Positions 60,309 through 64,000 of a stretch of 64,000 bases of DNA are shown piece after piece. Made by a program: the position numbers and the translations under genes. Source of the stretch: a candidate division FCPU426 bacterium (lineage in GTDB: Bacteria > Oederibacteriota > Muellerivitia > Muellerivitales > Muellerivitaceae); NCBI GenBank assembly GCA_963796105.1, contig CAWCKJ010000003.1, positions 608,001-672,000 on the forward strand, written 5' to 3'. The notes beneath the pieces were generated by a model. The model did no database searches. It saw nothing but the letters and a program-made list of their open reading frames with translations, and had not been told where the DNA came from. Numbering within the stretch: the stretch's first letter is position 1; each line of letters starts with the position of its first letter.

Positions 60309-62828
60309 ATGAATGAAAAGGATCGTGAAATGGGAAACATTCGATACGCCGTTTTGGCCGCCCTGGTCTTTATCCCCGGCATACTCGCGTCAGCGGATAC
60401 CCTTCCTGACCCGGCGGAAAACCGGGTTGAAGCCATCCTGAAAAAAATGACCCTGGAAGAGAAGATCGATTACATCGGGGGATTCAATTCCTTTTATGTC
60501 CGGGCGGTTCCCCGCCTGAAACTGCCCGCCTTGAAGATGTCCGACGGGCCGATCGGGGTTCGCAATTACGGGCCATCCACGGCCTATGCCGCCGGGATCG
60601 CCCTGGCGGCGTCCTGGGACACGGAACTGGCCGGGCGCGTGGGCGGGATGATCGGCCATGAGGCCCGGGCGCGGGGGGTTCATTTCATGCTGGGCCCCGG
60701 CGTGAACATCTACCGCGCCCCCATGTGCGGGCGCAATTTCGAGTACTTCGGCGAGGACCCCTTTCTCGCCTCCCGCATGGTTGTCTCTTACGTGAGGGGA
60801 ATGCAGGAACAGGGCGTGAGCGCCACGGTCAAGCACTTCATGGGAAACAACTCCGAATATGACCGCCATAACACGAGTTCCGATATGGACGAGCGCACGA
60901 TGCGGGAGATCTACCTTCCCACCTTCGAGGCCGCCGTGAAGGAGGCAAAAGTGGGGGCGATCATGGACTCCTACAACCTAGTGAACGGCGTCCACTCCAC
61001 CCAGAACGATTTCCTCAACAACCAGTTGGCCAAGAAGGAATGGGGGTTCGACGGCGTCATCATGTCCGATTGGGACGCGACCTACGACGGGGTGGCCGCG
61101 GCCAACGCAGGCCTGGACTTGGAAATGCCGTCGGGCAAGTTCATGAACCGGGACACGCTGATTCCGGCGGTCAAGGAAGGTAAGGTTTCGGAGGAGACAA
61201 TTAACGACAAAGTGAGGCGGATCCTGCGCACGGCGGTTCGTTTCGGCTGGCTTGACCGCGACCAAACCGACCACGCCTTCCCCCTCTTCAATGAGAAGGG
61301 GCGCAAGCTGGCGCTCGAGACGGCCCAATCCAGCATGGTCCTCCTGAAAAACCAGGGCAATCTACTGCCATTGGACAAAGGGAAAGTCAAAACGCTGGCG
61401 GTGATCGGTCCCGACGCCTACCCTGCAGTGCCGGTGGGCGGGGGAAGCGCGAAGGTCCAGCCTTTCCAGTCGGTGAGCTACTTGGAGGGTTTAAGCCAGT
61501 ACCTTTCCGGAACCGCGGTGGTTTATTACAACCGAGGGCTCATGCCCATGGGCGAGATTTACGATTTGACGGAATTCGCGGCAGACGCCAAGGACGAAGA
61601 ATCGGGTCTCAAGGGAGAATACTTCAACAATGCCGACTTGAGCGGGGATGCAGCCCTCACCCGCAACGACCCCCATGTCAATTTCACTTGGGACCGCCCG
61701 AACAACTGGCCCACCGGCAGTACCGCGCATGATTTCTCGGCCCGCTGGACCGGCTATTACTTCCCTTCCACGGACGGCCCCTACCGCTTCGCTGTTTCCA
61801 CCTATGGCCTGGACGAGTACCGCCTCTATATCAACGGCAAGCTTTTCGAGGACCGCAAAGACCAAAAACAGCCCATTTCGCTGAAGGAGATGGAACTCAA
61901 GGCCGGCAAGGCCTACGCCCTGCGCCTGGAGTATGTCCATCGGGACCACCATGCCAGGCTTAGTTTTGGCATCCGGCGGGCCGACTTGTTCTTCGACCCG
62001 GAGGCGAAGGAGCTGGTGTCGCGCGCGGACGCCGCGGTGGTCCTGGCGGGTTTTGACCCCAACATCGAGGGCGAGGGTTTCGACCGGACGTTCCAACTCC
62101 CCGAGGGCCAGGACGCGCTCATCAACGCGGTCTTGGACGCCAACAAGAACACGGCGGTCGTGATCACATCAGGCGGCGCGGTGGACATGAAAAAGTGGGT
62201 GGACCGGGCGCCGGCGGTGCTGGAAGCCTGGTACGCGGGACAAGAAGGAGGCACGGCTTTGGCCCATATTCTTTTTGGGGACGTCAACCCCTCAGGCAAG
62301 CTTCCCGCGACCTTCGAGCGCAGTTGGGAGGACAGCGCGGTCCACGACAGTTATTACGCTGATTCCAAAAAGCATGTCCGCTATTCCGAAAGCATATTCC
62401 TTGGCTACCGGCATTTCGACAAGGCCGGCGTGAAGCCGCTTTTCCCCTTCGGTTTCGGTCTGTCCTACACCACATTCAAATACGGGGGCCTGTCCATCAC
62501 GCCCGATGCGGCCCAGGGAGACGACCCTGTCACGGTCTCGTTCAACGTGACCAACACGGGCGGGCGCGAGGGGGCGGAGGTTACGGAGCTTTATGTCGGC
62601 GACAGCCACGCGAAAGTGCCGCGCCCCGCGAAGGAACTCAAAGCGTTCGCCAAGGTGGACTTACAACCGGGCGAGACGAAGGGGGTGACTGTGAGCCTTG
62701 ACCGCCGGTCATTTTCCTATTTCGACGAGAAATCTAAGCAATGGAAGGCCGACCCGGGAGCCTTCAATATATTGGTAGGTTCCTCTTCGCGAAATATCGA
62801 GCTGACGGGCAAGCTGGAATTGCGCTGA
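60309..62828 (+). CDS. Exported GH3 beta-glucosidase with PA14 insert and FN3-like C-terminus
   Basis: SDGPIGVR, GRNFEYFGEDP, KHF, MSDW, FSARWTG (PA14), NPSGKLP.TF, FPFGFGLSYT. Confidence 0.95.
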   Translation: MNEKDREMGNIRYAVLAALVFIPGILASADTLPDPAENRVEAILKKMTLEEKIDYIGGFNSFYVRAVPRLKLPALKMSDGPIGVRNYGPSTAYAAGIALAASWDTELAGRVGGMIGHEARARGVHFMLGPGVNIYRAPMCGRNFEYFGEDPFLASRMVVSYVRGMQEQGVSATVKHFMGNNSEYDRHNTSSDMDERTMREIYLPTFEAAVKEAKVGAIMDSYNLVNGVHSTQNDFLNNQLAKKEWGFDGVIMSDWDATYDGVAAANAGLDLEMPSGKFMNRDTLIPAVKEGKVSEETINDKVRRILRTAVRFGWLDRDQTDHAFPLFNEKGRKLALETAQSSMVLLKNQGNLLPLDKGKVKTLAVIGPDAYPAVPVGGGSAKVQPFQSVSYLEGLSQYLSGTAVVYYNRGLMPMGEIYDLTEFAADAKDEESGLKGEYFNNADLSGDAALTRNDPHVNFTWDRPNNWPTGSTAHDFSARWTGYYFPSTDGPYRFAVSTYGLDEYRLYINGKLFEDRKDQKQPISLKEMELKAGKAYALRLEYVHRDHHARLSFGIRRADLFFDPEAKELVSRADAAVVLAGFDPNIEGEGFDRTFQLPEGQDALINAVLDANKNTAVVITSGGAVDMKKWVDRAPAVLEAWYAGQEGGTALAHILFGDVNPSGKLPATFERSWEDSAVHDSYYADSKKHVRYSESIFLGYRHFDKAGVKPLFPFGFGLSYTTFKYGGLSITPDAAQGDDPVTVSFNVTNTGGREGAEVTELYVGDSHAKVPRPAKELKAFAKVDLQPGETKGVTVSLDRRSFSYFDEKSKQWKADPGAFNILVGSSSRNIELTGKLELR

Positions 62829-62891
62829 AAGATTCGAAGGCCCCACAATCTATTGGTAATAGGAAGGAATAAATCAGGTGCTAGTGCCTTA

Positions 62892-63974
62892 ATGCGCTTG
62901 AACCACAAATCCATTACCCTTTCCCTGGGAACTTTTTTGTTTTTCCCAACCGGTTTTCTGGCCGCACAGACGGTTCCAGTTCCCACATCAATGCCTTCCG
63001 CGATATCAACGAAAATTCCCGTTCCACCCCAAGCCGGAGATTTTCACCCCACCCACACGCCCACCCCCGGAAAAGTCAGGCTGGCTTTCGGGGGGGATAT
63101 CAACCTGGCCCGTCTTGTTGGAAAACTGATTAAACAAAATGGAAAGAACTGGCCCTTTGAGAAGGTCAAACCCCTATTGGACCAGGCCGACCTGGTAGTC
63201 GCCAACCTGGAATCGCCCGTGGGGAAAGGGGGAAAGGCTTATACCAAGAAGGAGGTCTATCTGAAGGGCAGTGTGGATTCGCTGGACGCCCTTTCCTATG
63301 CCGGTATCGGTCTGATGACGGTTTCCAACAACCACATCCTTGATTATGGACCTGGAGTGGCTCGTCAGACCCTTCGGGGCCTTTCCGATCGGGGCATCGA
63401 ATCCGTGGGCTGGCTGGAAAAAGCGGATGGGACTGATCCCACCGTTTACTTGACCATCAACGGCGTGAAACTGGCCTTTCTGGCTTTTTGCGGGGTTTGC
63501 CCGGGAACATTCGACGCGAAAAGGGGAAAAGCCGGCATCGAGAGCACCACCCACACTGAAATCATCCCCAGAGTCCAGGAGGCCCGGAAAAACGCGGATT
63601 TCGTGGTGGTGCTGGTCCATTGGGGATGGGAATACGGGGATGTCGGACCGATCCAAAAAAAGAAGGCCCGCGTCCTGTGCGATGCCGGGGCCGACCTGGT
63701 CGTGGGGTGCCACCCCCACGTTCTACAAAAAATCAGGAGGATTAAAAAGGGACTGGTGGCTTACAGCCTGGGGAACTTTCTTTTCGACCTGCGCCGCAAG
63801 GAAACCTTGAATAGCTGTGTTTTAATGGTGGATCTTGAAAAGGGAAAGGCCCCCGCCTGGACAGCCTATCCCTTGAGTTTGGAATCCGGCAGGCCAGAAC
63901 CCATCCCCCAGGATGATCCCAGGTTCGAAAAGATCCAGCAGATCCTGGCTTCCCCCAAAACCAATCAAAAATAA
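62892..63974 (+). CDS. CapA-family (metallophosphatase fold) exported protein
   Basis: GGDINL, NLESP, NNHILDYG, HWGWEY, GCHPHVLQ, YSLGNFLF. Confidence 0.92.
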   Translation: MRLNHKSITLSLGTFLFFPTGFLAAQTVPVPTSMPSAISTKIPVPPQAGDFHPTHTPTPGKVRLAFGGDINLARLVGKLIKQNGKNWPFEKVKPLLDQADLVVANLESPVGKGGKAYTKKEVYLKGSVDSLDALSYAGIGLMTVSNNHILDYGPGVARQTLRGLSDRGIESVGWLEKADGTDPTVYLTINGVKLAFLAFCGVCPGTFDAKRGKAGIESTTHTEIIPRVQEARKNADFVVVLVHWGWEYGDVGPIQKKKARVLCDAGADLVVGCHPHVLQKIRRIKKGLVAYSLGNFLFDLRRKETLNSCVLMVDLEKGKAPAWTAYPLSLESGRPEPIPQDDPRFEKIQQILASPKTNQK

Positions 63975-64000
63975 ATTCGAGACACTAACTAAACCTCTTT

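Overview
A 64 kb chromosomal segment of a diderm bacterium, mostly GC-rich housekeeping DNA. The bamA/lol genes together with mcsA-mcsB-clpC and Pro/Thr-linker exported proteins suggest a poorly characterised lineage such as FCPU426/Elusimicrobiota relatives (inference only). In order, it contains: a YwlE-like phosphatase and tsaC; a purine cluster (purD, H, N, M, F, L, Q, S, B) interrupted by accessory genes; a long minus-strand run prfB (programmed +1 frameshift)-lysS-lolE-lolD-mcsA-mcsB-clpC-tamB-like-bamA-surE-core methionine synthase-like; pheT-zapB-like-zapA; glgP; an unannotated 6S RNA; rarA, 5-FTHF cyclo-ligase and ymdB; two TPR paralogs; and hemL. Several distinct families of palindromic, structured intergenic elements occur, two of them in two copies with compensatory stem changes. 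The most unusual locus is 54.8-60.2 kb. There an AT-rich island ends in a HUH (RAYT-type) transposase bounded by inverted repeats. It is followed directly by a 10-unit 52-bp tandem array and a 14-unit 20-22-bp array with a conserved core and variable spacers, the latter split by an intact IS3 element with a CGG target duplication. No CRISPR-cas, tRNA or rRNA genes were recognised. All calls come from reading the sequence and ORF track; no database searches were run.
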